From an uncultured Actinomycetota bacterium (lineage in GTDB: Bacteria > Actinomycetota > Actinomycetes > JAHEKZ01): a stretch of 64,000 nucleotides of DNA. Of this stretch, positions 51,948 through 62,699 are shown one piece after another. Location: positions 160,001 to 224,000 of the forward strand of contig CAVURN010000001.1 in NCBI GenBank assembly GCA_963743915.1, read 5' to 3'. The position numbers and the translations under genes are program-made. Numbering within the stretch: the stretch's first letter is position 1; each line of letters opens with the position of its first letter. Below the pieces are notes generated by a model. That model saw nothing but the letters and a program-made list of their open reading frames with translations. It did no database searches and was not told where the DNA came from.

Positions 51948-53240
51948 ATGCTGCGAGTGTTCGCTCAGGCGTTCCGCACGCCTGACCTGCGCAACAAGCT
52001 GTTCTTCACGCTGTCCATGATCGCGATCTATCGCGTCGGGTCGTTCGTGCCCACACCCGGAGTCGACTATCCCGCGGTGCAGCGTTGCCTCGATGCCGTC
52101 CAGGACGACAGCCTGTACGCGCTGATCAACCTGTTCAGCGGGGGTGCGCTGCTGCAGCTGTCGATCTTCGCGCTCGGCATCATGCCCTACATCACGGCGA
52201 GCATCATCCTGCAGCTGCTCACGGTGGTCATCCCGCGCCTCGAGACCCTCAAGAAGGAGGGTCAGGCGGGCACCGCCAAGATCACCCAGTACACCCGCTA
52301 CCTCACGGTGGGACTGGCGATCCTGCAGTCCACGGGCATCATCGCGCTGGCGCGTTCCGGCCAGCTGCTGCAGGGCTGCCCGGAGCCGATCATCCCCGAC
52401 GACTCCGTGACCATGACGATCTCGATGATCGCGATCATGACCGCGGGCACCTCGATCATCATGTGGCTGGGCGAGCTCATCACCGATCGTGGCGTCGGCA
52501 ACGGAATGTCCCTGATGATCTTCACCTCGATCATCGCCGGCTTCCCCGGTCAGCTCAGCGCCATCTACCAGAGCCGTGGTGCGTGGACGTTCCTCGTCGT
52601 CATCGTGGTCGGGTTGGCCGTGGTCGCCTTCGTCGTCCTGATGGAACAGGCGCAGCGCCGAATACCGGTGCAGTACGCCAAGCGGATGGTGGGGCGTCGC
52701 CAGTACGGCGGCTCGTCGACGTACATCCCGATCAAGGTGAACCAGGCCGGCGTCATCCCCGTCATCTTCGCCTCATCGATGCTGTACCTGCCGGTGCTCT
52801 TCGTCACCTTGAGCAACAACCAGGGGGCCATCAACACCTGGGTCCAGACCCACCTCGTGCGCGGCAGCGGCGCCTGGTACGCGGGGCTCTTCTTCGCCCT
52901 GACGGTCTTCTTCACGTACTTCTACGTGGCGATCACCTTCAACTCCAACGACATCGCCGACAACATGAAGAAGTACGGCGGCTTCATCCCGGGCATCCGT
53001 GCAGGGCGTCCGACCGCCGAGTACCTCGACTACGTGCTGAGTCGGCTGACCGCCGTCGGCTCGGTGTACCTGGCGGCCATCGCCGTGATTCCCATCGTCG
53101 TCTTCGCCAGTTTCGGCCAGGGTCAGAACTTCCTGTTCGGCGGCACCTCGATCCTGATCATGGTCGGTGTCGGGCTCGACACCGTGAAGCAGATCGAGAG
53201 CCAGCTGCAGCAGCGCTCGTACGAAGGGTTCCTGCGCTAG
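51948..53240 (+). CDS. secY: Preprotein translocase subunit SecY
   Basis: [39 protein letters not shown]. Confidence 0.98.
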   Translation: MLRVFAQAFRTPDLRNKLFFTLSMIAIYRVGSFVPTPGVDYPAVQRCLDAVQDDSLYALINLFSGGALLQLSIFALGIMPYITASIILQLLTVVIPRLETLKKEGQAGTAKITQYTRYLTVGLAILQSTGIIALARSGQLLQGCPEPIIPDDSVTMTISMIAIMTAGTSIIMWLGELITDRGVGNGMSLMIFTSIIAGFPGQLSAIYQSRGAWTFLVVIVVGLAVVAFVVLMEQAQRRIPVQYAKRMVGRRQYGGSSTYIPIKVNQAGVIPVIFASSMLYLPVLFVTLSNNQGAINTWVQTHLVRGSGAWYAGLFFALTVFFTYFYVAITFNSNDIADNMKKYGGFIPGIRAGRPTAEYLDYVLSRLTAVGSVYLAAIAVIPIVVFASFGQGQNFLFGGTSILIMVGVGLDTVKQIESQLQQRSYEGFLR

Positions 53241-53794
53241 TGCGACTCGTCCTCGTGGGCCCACCGGGGGCGGGAAAGGGCACCCAGGCGGCGGTGATCT
53301 CCGGCAAGCTCGGCGTCCCGCACATCTCCACCGGCGACATCTTCCGGGCGAACGTCGGCCAGGGCACACCCCTCGGTCAGCAGGCCCAGCAGTACATGGA
53401 TGCCGGCGAGCTCGTTCCCGACGAGGTGACCAACGCGATGGTGGCCGACCGCCTGGCGCAGCCGGATGCTCGGTCCGGCTTCCTGCTCGACGGCTACCCG
53501 CGCAACGTCGGGCAGGCCGACGTCCTGGCCGAGCTGCTCAGCGCCTCCGGTGCACATCTCGACGCCGTCGTCGAGATCGTGGTCGACACCGAGCACCTGC
53601 TCGAGCGCCTGCGCGCTCGCGGTCAGGGACGGGTGGACGACGCCGAGGACGTGATCCGGCATCGGCTCGATGTCTACGCGTCCGAGACCGCACCCCTCGT
53701 GGACTACTACCGAGCGCTCAGTCTGCTGCGCACGGTCGACGGCGTCGGCGCAGTCGAGGACGTCTCTGCCCGGATCCTCGACGTCCTGAGCTGA
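53240..53794 (+). CDS. adk: Adenylate kinase (short, LID-less form)
   Basis: [29 protein letters not shown]. Confidence 0.96.
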   Translation: MRLVLVGPPGAGKGTQAAVISGKLGVPHISTGDIFRANVGQGTPLGQQAQQYMDAGELVPDEVTNAMVADRLAQPDARSGFLLDGYPRNVGQADVLAELLSASGAHLDAVVEIVVDTEHLLERLRARGQGRVDDAEDVIRHRLDVYASETAPLVDYYRALSLLRTVDGVGAVEDVSARILDVLS

Positions 53795-54618
53795 TGTTCA
53801 ACCGCAAGAGCTCGATCGAGATCAAGAAGCCCGAGCAGCTTCAGAAGATGCGGGCCGCCGGCCTCGTCGTCGCCGACACGCTCGCTGCGCTTCGCGACAC
53901 CGTCCGTCCGGGCATCACGACGGGTGACCTCGACGTCGTGGCGCGCGACATCATCGCCGCCGCGGGGGCGACGCCCTCGTTCCTGGGGTACCACGGCTAC
54001 CCGGCGGTCATCTGCGTCTCGGTCAACGACGAGGTCGTCCATGGCATCCCCGGTGCCCGGGAGATCGCCGCCGGCGACGTGGTCTCGATCGACTGCGGAG
54101 CCATCGTCGACGGTTGGCACGGTGACGCCGCCTTCTCGATGCTCGTCGGGGACGGAGACGAGAGCGGAGAGGTCGCCCGGCTGCTCGACGTGACCGAGAA
54201 CGCGCTCTGGCGGGGTATCGCACAGGCCCGGGCCGGAGGACGCCTCAGCGACATCGGCCACGCGGTCGAGGCGCACGTCCGCGCGTGCGGTGACTACGGC
54301 GTCGTCGAGGAGTATGTGGGTCACGGGATCGGGACCTCGATGCACATGGACCCGAGCGTGCCGAACTACGGCCAGCCCGGACACGGCCCCAAGCTCGTGG
54401 CGGGCATGGCGCTGGCCATCGAGCCGATGGTCAACCTGGGCAGCCGGCACACCCGGACGCTCGAGGACGACTGGACGGTGGTCACCCTCGACGGCCGGTG
54501 GTCGGCCCACTTCGAGCACACGGTGGCGATCACCCCGGACGGACCCTGGGTCCTGACCGCCCACGACGGGGGAGCGGAGCGGCTGCGCGCTCTGGGAGTC
54601 CCGACGCCCGCCGTCTGA
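53794..54618 (+). CDS. map: Methionine aminopeptidase type I
   Basis: SVNDEVVHGIP, IDCG...HGD, GHGIG, AIEPM, SAHFEHT. Confidence 0.97.
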   Translation: MFNRKSSIEIKKPEQLQKMRAAGLVVADTLAALRDTVRPGITTGDLDVVARDIIAAAGATPSFLGYHGYPAVICVSVNDEVVHGIPGAREIAAGDVVSIDCGAIVDGWHGDAAFSMLVGDGDESGEVARLLDVTENALWRGIAQARAGGRLSDIGHAVEAHVRACGDYGVVEEYVGHGIGTSMHMDPSVPNYGQPGHGPKLVAGMALAIEPMVNLGSRHTRTLEDDWTVVTLDGRWSAHFEHTVAITPDGPWVLTAHDGGAERLRALGVPTPAV

Positions 54619-54697
54619 CCCGCCGATTTCTACGCCAGAGCGCCACGATTACCCGTCCTGCGGCGTGACTGTGGCGCCCTGGCGTAGAGGGTGGTAT

Positions 54698-54773
54698 TCC
54701 CGAGTTTGACGATCGGGATTGCATGAGCGAGGGATCTGTGGCACCCTTTTCCTACTAAGTCACTAGGAAAAGG
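54698..54773. promoter_or_regulatory. Two related palindromes with 9-bp spacers (Rrf2/CymR-like operators)
   Basis: TCCCGA-N9-TCGGGA (54698-54718) and CCTTTTCCTA-N9-TAGGAAAAGG (54745-54773), the latter over the RBS. Confidence 0.6.
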
Positions 54774-54780
54774 TGTCAAC

Positions 54781-55698
54781 ATGTGGTTCTTCGCGATCTT
54801 CGCGCTCGCCGGCGGTGCTGCTCAGCTGGTCGACGGCACGCTCGGCATGGGCTTCGGCGTCACCTCCGCGACGATCCTGCTGTCCATGGGCGTGAGCGCT
54901 GCGGCGGCGTCGGCCGCCACCCACGCGGCGAAGCTGCCGACCACCTTCGTGAGCGGCCTCACCCACTGGCGGCAGGGGAACGTGGACAAGAAGACCCTTC
55001 TTCGTGTGGCGCTCCCCGGGGCGGTCATGGCGTTCATTGGCGCCGTTGTCCTCGTGAACATCAGCCTGTCTGCTGCCAAAGGCTGGATGTCCGGTCTGCT
55101 GCTCTTCTTTGGCCTGGTGATCTTCGTCCGATTCGGCTTCAACTACCGGCTGATCCCGGCCCCACGGAGCGGGCACACCGCCTGGTGGCTGTCACCGATC
55201 GGCGCGCTCGGGGGGCTGGTCGACTCACTGGGTGGCGGTGGCTGGGGGCCGGTGGTGACTCCGTCGCTGATGACGGTCACCGAGCACGAGCCGCGGAAGG
55301 TCGTGGGTAGTGTGAACGCGGCGGAGTTCTTCGTCGCGCTCGCCGCCTCGGCGGGCTTCCTCACCGGTGCCGAGCAGCTCGAGGCGGACATGCCCTGGTT
55401 CGCCGTCCTCGGTCTCGTCGCCGGGGGCGTGGTCGTCGCGCCGTTCGCGGCCCGCCTGGCCGGGCGCCTTCCGCACCATGTGATGGGGACTCTCGTCGGA
55501 GGGCTGATCCTGGTCGTGAACGGGCAGATCATCTTCCTGGCGCTGGGCCTGCCCCAGTCCCTCGGCTGGATCCTGCTGGCGTCGGCCCTGGTCGCGACCG
55601 GGGTGGTGGCCAAGGGCGCGTACGCGCACGACCGCGCCGAGCAGGCCCGTCGCAGCCACGACGACGGACAGGCGCCGGCCCTCGAGCACCTGCGGTAG
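54781..55698 (+). CDS. TauE/SafE family sulfite exporter
   Basis: AQLVDGTLGMGFGV, HWRQGNVD, GGGGWGPV, PRKVVGSVNAAEF. Confidence 0.92.
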   Translation: MWFFAIFALAGGAAQLVDGTLGMGFGVTSATILLSMGVSAAAASAATHAAKLPTTFVSGLTHWRQGNVDKKTLLRVALPGAVMAFIGAVVLVNISLSAAKGWMSGLLLFFGLVIFVRFGFNYRLIPAPRSGHTAWWLSPIGALGGLVDSLGGGGWGPVVTPSLMTVTEHEPRKVVGSVNAAEFFVALAASAGFLTGAEQLEADMPWFAVLGLVAGGVVVAPFAARLAGRLPHHVMGTLVGGLILVVNGQIIFLALGLPQSLGWILLASALVATGVVAKGAYAHDRAEQARRSHDDGQAPALEHLR

Positions 55699-55896
55699 CG
55701 ACTGCTGCAGCGCGGGCCGACCGAGCCGGGCCACACCTGATTGGCCATCCCCGGCCCCCCTCCCGTAGACTGCCGTGTCGGCTTCAAAGCCGCCGCTTCG
55801 TCGCGCCCCGCGGCTGGGACAGGCAAACCGAGGCGGTACTTCGGCCGATCGACCGAAACCACGACGCACAACGCCCGTGAGGGTGCGAAAGGAACC

Positions 55897-56118
55897 ATGG
55901 CCAAGAAGGAAGGTGCCATCGAGATCGAAGGCACCGTCGTCGAGTCTCTTCCCAATGCGATGTTCCGGGTCGAGCTCACCAACGGCCACAAGGTCCTCGC
56001 GCACATCAGCGGCAAGATGCGCCAGCACTACATCCGGATCCTCCCCGAGGACCGCGTGGTGGTGGAGCTGAGCCCCTACGACCTCACCCGCGGACGCATC
56101 GTCTATCGGTACAAGTAA
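55897..56118 (+). CDS. infA: Translation initiation factor IF-1
   Basis: [28 protein letters not shown]. Confidence 0.98.
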   Translation: MAKKEGAIEIEGTVVESLPNAMFRVELTNGHKVLAHISGKMRQHYIRILPEDRVVVELSPYDLTRGRIVYRYK

Positions 56119-56190
56119 CCCGCCCTATCGCGTCCGGGACGGTGGCCTCACGGTCCACCTGCTCGGACACAAAGCCCCGGAGCACGCACG

Positions 56191-56304
56191 ATGAAGGTCA
56201 ACCCGAGCGTCAAGCCCATCTGCGACAAGTGCAAGGTCATTCGCCGGCACGGTCGCGTGATGGTGATTTGCGAGAACCTGCGCCACAAGCAGCGCCAGGG
56301 CTGA
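56191..56304 (+). CDS. rpmJ: 50S ribosomal protein L36 (absent from the ORF track)
   Basis: [37 protein letters not shown]. Confidence 0.97.
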   Translation: MKVNPSVKPICDKCKVIRRHGRVMVICENLRHKQRQG

Positions 56305-56498
56305 CCCGGCGCGTTTCCGGCACCGACAACTGCACACGCACGACCTGTAGTCCCAGCACCCAAGGGCTGCATCCGACCCCTGCGGAGTCCCCGACCCCTG
56401 CAGGACGCCACCTCCGGACGAAGGCCGGAGACCGCGCGCCGGTAACGACGCTCGGACCGATGCGGCTGACAGACCTTCGCCAGTGAATGAGGAGCACC

Positions 56499-56879
56499 AT
56501 GGCTCGCCTTGTGGGCGTAGACCTCCCGCGTGAGAAGCGCATGGAGATCGCCCTGACGTACATCTACGGCATCGGCCGTACCCGCGCGAAGGAGACCCTC
56601 GCCGCCACCGGCGTCGACCCCAACATGCGGTCAGCAGACCTCACCGACGAGCAGCTGGTGAAGCTGCGCGACTGGATCGAGGAGAAGTACCAGATCGAAG
56701 GTGACCTCCGCCGCGAGGTGGCCGCCGACATCCGCCGCAAGGTCGAGATCGGCAGCTACGAGGGCCTTCGCCACCGCCGCGGACTGCCCGTCCGTGGGCA
56801 GCGCACCCACACCAACGCGCGGTCCCGCAAGGGTCCCCGCAAGGCTGTGGCCGGCAAGAAGAAGGTCACCAAGAAGTAG
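56499..56879 (+). CDS. rpsM: 30S ribosomal protein S13
   Basis: [24 protein letters not shown]. Confidence 0.98.
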   Translation: MARLVGVDLPREKRMEIALTYIYGIGRTRAKETLAATGVDPNMRSADLTDEQLVKLRDWIEEKYQIEGDLRREVAADIRRKVEIGSYEGLRHRRGLPVRGQRTHTNARSRKGPRKAVAGKKKVTKK

Positions 56880-56945
56880 CCGCACGTTCCGCAGCCCGCC
56901 CGGGCGCAACGATGCGGATCGACGACCTCCAGGAGTGGAAGAGAC

Positions 56946-57347
56946 ATGCCCCCCAAGGCAAAGACTGGCGCCAAGAAGGTGCGGCGCAAGGAGAAGAAGA
57001 ACGTGGCCCACGGCCACGCTCACATCAAGAGCACGTTCAACAACACGATCGTCTCGATCACCGACCCGACCGGTGCGGTGATCTCATGGGCGTCCGCCGG
57101 CCAGGTCGGCTTCAAGGGTTCCCGCAAGTCGACGCCGTACGCCGCGCAGATGACTGCAGAGGCTGCCGCCCGTCGCGCGCAGGAGCACGGGATGCGCAAG
57201 GTCGACGTGTTCGTCAAGGGCCCGGGATCCGGCCGTGAGACCGCGATCCGCGCCCTGCAAGCAGCCGGCCTCGAGGTCGGCTCGATCCAGGACGTCACCC
57301 CCGTCCCGTTCAACGGTTGCCGGCCGCCCAAGCGTCGCCGCGTCTGA
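56946..57347 (+). CDS. rpsK: 30S ribosomal protein S11
   Basis: [28 protein letters not shown]. Confidence 0.98.
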   Translation: MPPKAKTGAKKVRRKEKKNVAHGHAHIKSTFNNTIVSITDPTGAVISWASAGQVGFKGSRKSTPYAAQMTAEAAARRAQEHGMRKVDVFVKGPGSGRETAIRALQAAGLEVGSIQDVTPVPFNGCRPPKRRRV

Positions 57348-57377
57348 CACCCCTTCGAAGCAGGAGCAGAGACTTAG

Positions 57378-58004
57378 ATGGCCAGGTACACCGGAGCCGA
57401 CTGCCGCAAGTGCCGTCGCGCGAAGATGAAGCTCTACCTCAAGGGCGCCAAGTGTGACAGCGCCAAGTGCCCGTTCGAGGCGCGCCCCTACCCTCCCGGT
57501 CAGCACGGCCGGGGTCGCAGCAAGGACAGTGAGTACCTGCTGCAGCTTCGCGAGAAGCAGAAGGCGAAGCAGATGTACGGCATCTTCGAGCGGCAGTTCC
57601 GCGGCTACTACGAAGAGGCGAACCAGAAGAAGGGCAAGACGGGCGACAACCTGCTCCGCATCCTGGAGTCGCGGCTGGACAACGTCGTCTACCGCGCCGG
57701 CTACGCCAAGTCGCGCGACATGGGACGCCAGCTCGTGCGTCACGGCCACTTCCTGGTGAACGGTCGTAAGGTCGACGTTCCGTCGTTCCGCGTGTCCGAG
57801 AGCGACATCATCGAGGTTCGCCCCAGCTCGGTCGACCTCACCCCGTTCGTCGTGGCACGTGCCGAGGTGGGGGAGCGTGAGGTTCCTGCCTGGCTCGAGG
57901 TCATCCCCTCGAAGATGCGCATCCTCGTGCACTCGCTGCCGGTTCGGCAGCAGATCGACTCCCAGCTGCAGGAGCAGCTGATCGTCGAGCTCTACTCCAA
58001 GTAG
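57378..58004 (+). CDS. rpsD: 30S ribosomal protein S4 (Cys-containing Zn form)
   Basis: CRKCRR...KC...KC, QLREKQK, LESRLDNVVYR, IVELYSK. Confidence 0.98.
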   Translation: MARYTGADCRKCRRAKMKLYLKGAKCDSAKCPFEARPYPPGQHGRGRSKDSEYLLQLREKQKAKQMYGIFERQFRGYYEEANQKKGKTGDNLLRILESRLDNVVYRAGYAKSRDMGRQLVRHGHFLVNGRKVDVPSFRVSESDIIEVRPSSVDLTPFVVARAEVGEREVPAWLEVIPSKMRILVHSLPVRQQIDSQLQEQLIVELYSK

Positions 58005-58095
58005 GCACGACAACCCGCAGCGTGCGGCACCCGCCACGCGCTGTCCCTGTTCGAGGCGTCATATAGCGGGCGCCCTGATCTGGAGGTAGTGACAC

Positions 58096-59109
58096 GTGCT
58101 CATCGCACAGCGGCCATCACTGGCCGAAGAGGTCGTCAACGAGTACCGCTCCCGTTTCATCCTCGAGCCGCTCGAGCCCGGCTTCGGCTACACGCTCGGC
58201 AACTCACTCCGCCGCACCCTGCTCTCGTCGATCCCCGGTGCCGCGGTCACGTCGATCCGCGTCGACGGGGTGCTGCACGAGTTCACGACTGTTCCGGGTG
58301 TGAAGGAGGACGTCACCGACCTCGTCCTGAACATCAAGGAGCTCATCGTCAGCACCGAGCACGACGAGCCCGTCGTCATGTACCTGCGCAAGCAGGGACC
58401 CGGGGTGGTCACGGCCGCCGACATCGCACCACCGGCCGGTGTCGAGGTGCACAACCCCGAGCTCGTGCTCGCCACCCTCAACGGCAAGGGCAAGCTCGAG
58501 ATGGAGCTGACCGTGGAGCGCGGGCGCGGCTACGTGCGCGCTGAGCTGAACAAGCAGGCGGGTCAGGAGATCGGCCGGATCCCGGTCGACTCGATCTACT
58601 CGCCGGTGCTGAAGGTGTCGTACAAGGTCGAGGCGACGCGCGTCGAGCAGCGCACCGACTTCGACCGGCTCGTCATCGACGTCGAGACCAAGGCGTCGAT
58701 GCGTCCGCGCGACGCTGTCGCGTCGGCGGGCAAGACGCTGGTCGAGCTGTTCGGTCTCTTCCGTGAGCTCAATGTCGAGGCCGAGGGCATCGACATGGGC
58801 CCCTCTCCGGCAGATGCGGCGCTGGCCGCTGACATGGCGCTGCCCATCGAGGAGCTGGACCTCACCGTTCGGTCGTACAACTGCCTCAAGCGGGAAGGCA
58901 TCCACACCGTCGGTGAGCTCATCGGCCGGAGCGAGGCCGACCTCATGGACATCCGCAACTTCGGCGCCAAGTCCATCGACGAGGTGAAGGCCAAGCTCGT
59001 GGGCCTCGGCCTGGCACTCAAGGACAGCCCCCCCGGCTTCGACCCGTCCGCGATCGTCGAGGCCTACGGCGACGACGACGAGGGCTTCGTCGAGGACGAG
59101 CAGCTCTGA
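58096..59109 (+). CDS. rpoA: RNA polymerase subunit alpha
   Basis: [42 protein letters not shown]. Confidence 0.99.
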   Translation: MLIAQRPSLAEEVVNEYRSRFILEPLEPGFGYTLGNSLRRTLLSSIPGAAVTSIRVDGVLHEFTTVPGVKEDVTDLVLNIKELIVSTEHDEPVVMYLRKQGPGVVTAADIAPPAGVEVHNPELVLATLNGKGKLEMELTVERGRGYVRAELNKQAGQEIGRIPVDSIYSPVLKVSYKVEATRVEQRTDFDRLVIDVETKASMRPRDAVASAGKTLVELFGLFRELNVEAEGIDMGPSPADAALAADMALPIEELDLTVRSYNCLKREGIHTVGELIGRSEADLMDIRNFGAKSIDEVKAKLVGLGLALKDSPPGFDPSAIVEAYGDDDEGFVEDEQL

Positions 59110-59142
59110 CCCCCGCCTGACTGATCGCAAGGAGAACGAGAG

Positions 59143-59760
59143 ATGCCAAGCCCCACCAAGGGCCCCCGTCTTGGCGGCAGTCCGGCGCACGAGCGGCTCA
59201 TGCTGGCGAACCTTGCCACCGCGCTCTTCGAGCACGGCCGCATCACCACGACCGAGGCCAAGGCCAAGCGACTCCGCCCGCTGGCGGAACGTCTGATCAC
59301 CTTCGCCAAGCGCGGTGACCTCGCCGCTCGACGGCGAGTCATGACCGTCATCCGCGACAAGGACGTCGTGCACGTGCTCTTCACCGAGGTGGCACCGATG
59401 TACGACAACCGCGCCGGTGGCTACACCCGGATCACCAAGATCGGTCCGCGCAAGGGCGACAACGCGCCCATGGCGGTGATCGAGCTGGTGGAGCGACTCG
59501 ACGAGAGCAAGCGCAAGACCCGGGCGTCGAAGCCGAAGAAGGAGGCTGCGGCGGCACCCGCACCGGCGCCTGCCGCGGCCGAGGAGGCGACCGAGGCACC
59601 TGCTGACGAGCCGATCGAGGCCGCCGAGGCAGATTCCGCAGACGTCGCCGACCAGGAGATCGAGGTCGACCCGGCTGAGGAGTCCGATGTCGATGCTGCC
59701 GCTGAGGCAGCGGAGGAGGCTGAGGGCACCGACGAGGCCCCCGAGGCCAAGGAGTCCTGA
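59143..59760 (+). CDS. rplQ: 50S ribosomal protein L17 with long acidic tail
   Basis: [32 protein letters not shown]. Confidence 0.98.
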   Translation: MPSPTKGPRLGGSPAHERLMLANLATALFEHGRITTTEAKAKRLRPLAERLITFAKRGDLAARRRVMTVIRDKDVVHVLFTEVAPMYDNRAGGYTRITKIGPRKGDNAPMAVIELVERLDESKRKTRASKPKKEAAAAPAPAPAAAEEATEAPADEPIEAAEADSADVADQEIEVDPAEESDVDAAAEAAEEAEGTDEAPEAKES

Positions 59761-59776
59761 CGGTTCCTGAGCACGT

Positions 59777-59812
59777 GCACGAGCCCGTTCCCCGGGGGGA
59801 GCGGGCTCGTGC
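59777..59812 (+). terminator. Stem-loop after rplQ overlapping the truA start
   Basis: GCACGAGCCCGTTCCC...GGGAGCGGGCTCGTGC. Confidence 0.6.
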
Positions 59813-60618
59813 GTTTGCGCCTCGACCTCGGCTACGACGGCTCGGCGTTCTCCGGTTGGGCCCGGCAGCCCGGACGTCGCACGGTCGAGCAGGTCCTCGA
59901 CGAGGCTCTCGCCAAGGCATTGAGACTGCCGGCAGGGCCTGGTCTGACCGTCGCGGGGCGGACCGACGCTGGCGTGCATGCGCGCGGACAGGTGGCCCAC
60001 TGCGACGTCCCACGGTCGATCTGGCAGGAGCACGGCTCGACGGTGCTGAGGCGCCTCCGCGGCGCCCTTCCGCAAGATGTCCGGGTCACCACGGCTGCGC
60101 CCGCGCCCGAGGGCTTCGACGCGCGGTTCAGTGCGACGTCTCGACGCTACTGCTACCGCATCTCCGACGACTCCACCGGTGTAGACCCGGTTCGGCGTGT
60201 GGATGTCCTCTGGCACCGACGTCCGCTGGACGTGGACGCGATGCGCACCGCGGCCCCCGCGCTGCTCGGAGAGCACGACTTCGCTGCCTTCTGCAGACGG
60301 CGAGAGGGGGCGAGCACCGTCCGCACCCTGCGTGAGCTCAGCTGGACGCGCGAGGACCACGGTCTGGTGGTGGCAACCGTGGTGGCCGACGCCTTCTGCC
60401 ACAACATGGTCCGCTCGCTGGTGGGCGCCTGCGTCGCGGTCGGGGAGGGCCGCCGTCCGGCTTCGTGGGTGGGTGAGGTGCTCGATTCTGCGGAACGGTC
60501 CTCGGACGTCACCGTGATGCCGCCCCACGGCCTGACGCTCGAGGAAGTGACCTACCCGCCGGACAGCGCGATGGCCAGCCGAGCGCACGAAGCACGAAGT
60601 CTCCGCACGCTCGGCTGA
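59809..60618 (+). CDS. truA: tRNA pseudouridine(38-40) synthase
   Basis: [35 protein letters not shown]. Confidence 0.97.
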   Translation: MRLRLDLGYDGSAFSGWARQPGRRTVEQVLDEALAKALRLPAGPGLTVAGRTDAGVHARGQVAHCDVPRSIWQEHGSTVLRRLRGALPQDVRVTTAAPAPEGFDARFSATSRRYCYRISDDSTGVDPVRRVDVLWHRRPLDVDAMRTAAPALLGEHDFAAFCRRREGASTVRTLRELSWTREDHGLVVATVVADAFCHNMVRSLVGACVAVGEGRRPASWVGEVLDSAERSSDVTVMPPHGLTLEEVTYPPDSAMASRAHEARSLRTLG

Positions 60619-60661
60619 CCGAGGTGGCGCCGACAGGAGTGAGGGCCGGCGCCTGCGGGGA

Positions 60662-61275
60662 TCAGCCGATCAGCTCGTCCACGATCGCGCAGAAGTCTGC
60701 GTCGAAGGTCTGCCAGTTGCCCGACGTCCTGACGAACTCCTCGGAGATGAACTCTCCACCGCCCGGTGCGCCGTCGCCGCCGGTGTCGAACACATACCGG
60801 AACACCAGGTTCCCGGTGCTGCGGTAGCGAACGGTGCCGGTGGAGTCACGAATCGTGTCCCACACGCCGCTCTCCTTGGTCTGATAGTCACGATCGGACC
60901 GTTGTCATCGACGATGGTCGCCGGCATCTCTCTGAAGTTCACGTGCCAGGCCGAGGTGAAGTAGTCACCCGTCTTCACATTGGTGAAAGTGCCCGAGTAC
61001 GCCGTCCTTTGGTGCACGCGGAAGAACTCACCGTTCGTCTGCTTGGTGCCCTGGCCGATCGTGTACCAGCCGACGAACCGCTCGTCGACGGCCACCGCGA
61101 AGCCGCAGTCTTCGAAGGTGAACGAGGCCTTGTCGTCGAACGTCCCCCGCTCGAGCATCGCGGCGCTCGCTGGTGAGGACAGGGAGACGGTCGAGATCAT
61201 GGCGACGAGAAGAGCCAGGGCCGTGCGCAGCATGCGACTGCGTGAGCGTTCGCGAGGTGGTGGATGGTGACTCAT
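60662..61275 (-). CDS. Secreted hypothetical protein (frameshift near 60885)
   Basis: RBS AGGAG, signal peptide ending ASA, DCGF near N-terminus and DFCAIVDELIG C-terminus (likely disulfide). Confidence 0.7.
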
Positions 61276-61287
61276 GGGTACTCCTGA

Positions 61288-62046
61288 CTAGTTGGGTGGT
61301 GGACTGGTCTGCAGCGACTGCAGCAGCTCGTCACGACCTGCCTTGAGGACGGGGTCGTCCGGGGTTGATGACCGGCTCGCCACGACCAGCGGGGGCGAGT
61401 CGGTGAGGTAGATGACGTCCCAGAGGAAGGTCTTGTCAGCGGCCTTGACACTCAGGGTGCTGAGATCTCGGTCAGTGGCCGGCTTGGGCACCAGAGGAAC
61501 CTTTGACATGTCTGGCTTCAGGGAGAGTGTCAGCTCGGTGCCGGTCCACGCGAAGCCTGGTCCGTCGAGGCCGAACTGATCGCTGACCTCGAGGTCGGGG
61601 TGAGTCGTCGTCCAGACGACCAGGTCCTCGCGGAGCGGCCGCAGCTGGTAGCCCGGAGGCTCGAAGACCATGACTGGTTGTCCCACGAGGGTGATGGACC
61701 TGTCGGACCTGTCCAGCGGACGCAGCTCGACCGCGCGGTCGTCCCGTCTCACTTCCCATCCCTCGGGAACCGTGAGCGCGACCGGGACCGACAACTGGGC
61801 GCCGACAACCACAGCCGGTCCGGAGTCGAGGGGTGGTGCCGACTGCTCGCCGCCGAACAGGTCGTGGCTCGCAAGCCACCCCACGACGACGACGGCGACC
61901 ACTGCGACGACCAGGATCGTGGCACTCACGGCCCGGCCGCGTCGGCGTCCAGCCAGTGCGCGCTGCAGCGAGCGTTCGACATCGACCTCGGACGCGGCTG
62001 CGTGCAGGTCCTGGGCGGCGAGGAGACCAAGCGTATCGAGGGACAT
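61288..62046 (-). CDS. Putative anti-sigma factor (short N-terminus, one TM, extracellular domain)
   Basis: ATG overlaps the sigma stop (TGATG); RRRGR then hydrophobic helix; LTVPEGW motif. Confidence 0.7.
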   Translation of the reverse strand: MSLDTLGLLAAQDLHAAASEVDVERSLQRALAGRRRGRAVSATILVVAVVAVVVVGWLASHDLFGGEQSAPPLDSGPAVVVGAQLSVPVALTVPEGWEVRRDDRAVELRPLDRSDRSITLVGQPVMVFEPPGYQLRPLREDLVVWTTTHPDLEVSDQFGLDGPGFAWTGTELTLSLKPDMSKVPLVPKPATDRDLSTLSVKAADKTFLWDVIYLTDSPPLVVASRSSTPDDPVLKAGRDELLQSLQTSPPPN

Positions 62047-62621
62047 CAGTCGACCTCCTCCGTCTCGGCGGCGTCCAGGCCGAGGCGCACGGCAAGCGTG
62101 CGGCGTCCTCGGTGCAGGTGGGTCTTGGTGGTGCCGGGAGCCATCTCCAACGTCTCGGAGATCTCTCCGACCGTCATGGAGTAGCCGTAGAAGAGGGCGA
62201 CGACCTGCGCCTGGCGCCGAGGCAGTCGACGCACTTCGGACCAGAAGGTCTCGGTGCCGTCGTCCAGGGCCGGGACGCTCCCCTGTGGCGTCCCGACGCG
62301 CAGCAGTGCCCGGGTCTCGGCCATCCGGCGGCGGATCCACGAGACCGCGAGGTTGGCACACGCTCGACGGACGTAGCCGGAGGGGTTGTCCACCGTCTCA
62401 CCGCGCTCCCACCGTCGGTGGATGCTGAGCAGGGCCTCCTGCGCGATGTCCTCGGCGGTCTCGCGGGAGCCGGTGAGCCCCCAAGCGATGGTGACGAGAC
62501 CGTGGAACTCGTTGCGGTAGAGCGTGGCGAAGGAGACGACGTCGGGAAGCCGCGCCGGTGCCCCGTCCGCCGAGGAGGCCTCCTCCGGGCTGTCCATCCG
62601 GCGCCCCTCCGTCTGCGTCAC
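62046..62621 (-). CDS. ECF RNA polymerase sigma factor (SigE-like)
   Basis: AEDIAQEA, YVRRACANL, LPRRQAQVVALFY, EISETL...GTTKTHLHRGR. Confidence 0.92.
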   Translation of the reverse strand: MTQTEGRRMDSPEEASSADGAPARLPDVVSFATLYRNEFHGLVTIAWGLTGSRETAEDIAQEALLSIHRRWERGETVDNPSGYVRRACANLAVSWIRRRMAETRALLRVGTPQGSVPALDDGTETFWSEVRRLPRRQAQVVALFYGYSMTVGEISETLEMAPGTTKTHLHRGRRTLAVRLGLDAAETEEVD

Positions 62622-62629
62622 ATCATCAT

Positions 62630-62657
62630 GTCGCGTGAACCCCCCTCATGGGTTGAC
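62630..62657 (-). promoter_or_regulatory. Candidate autoregulatory ECF promoter, possibly leaderless
   Basis: Minus strand GTCAAC-N18-CGAC-N8-GTG start. Confidence 0.4.
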
Positions 62658-62699
62658 ACCGATGTCGCACTTTCTTGCCAAGGGCCCCCGGCCAGACCG

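Noticed and set aside
58204-60588. Very long antisense ORFs (also 38614-41157, 32333-33991, 40901-42439)
   Set aside because: Shadow ORFs opposite high-GC3 housekeeping genes; no domain-like content
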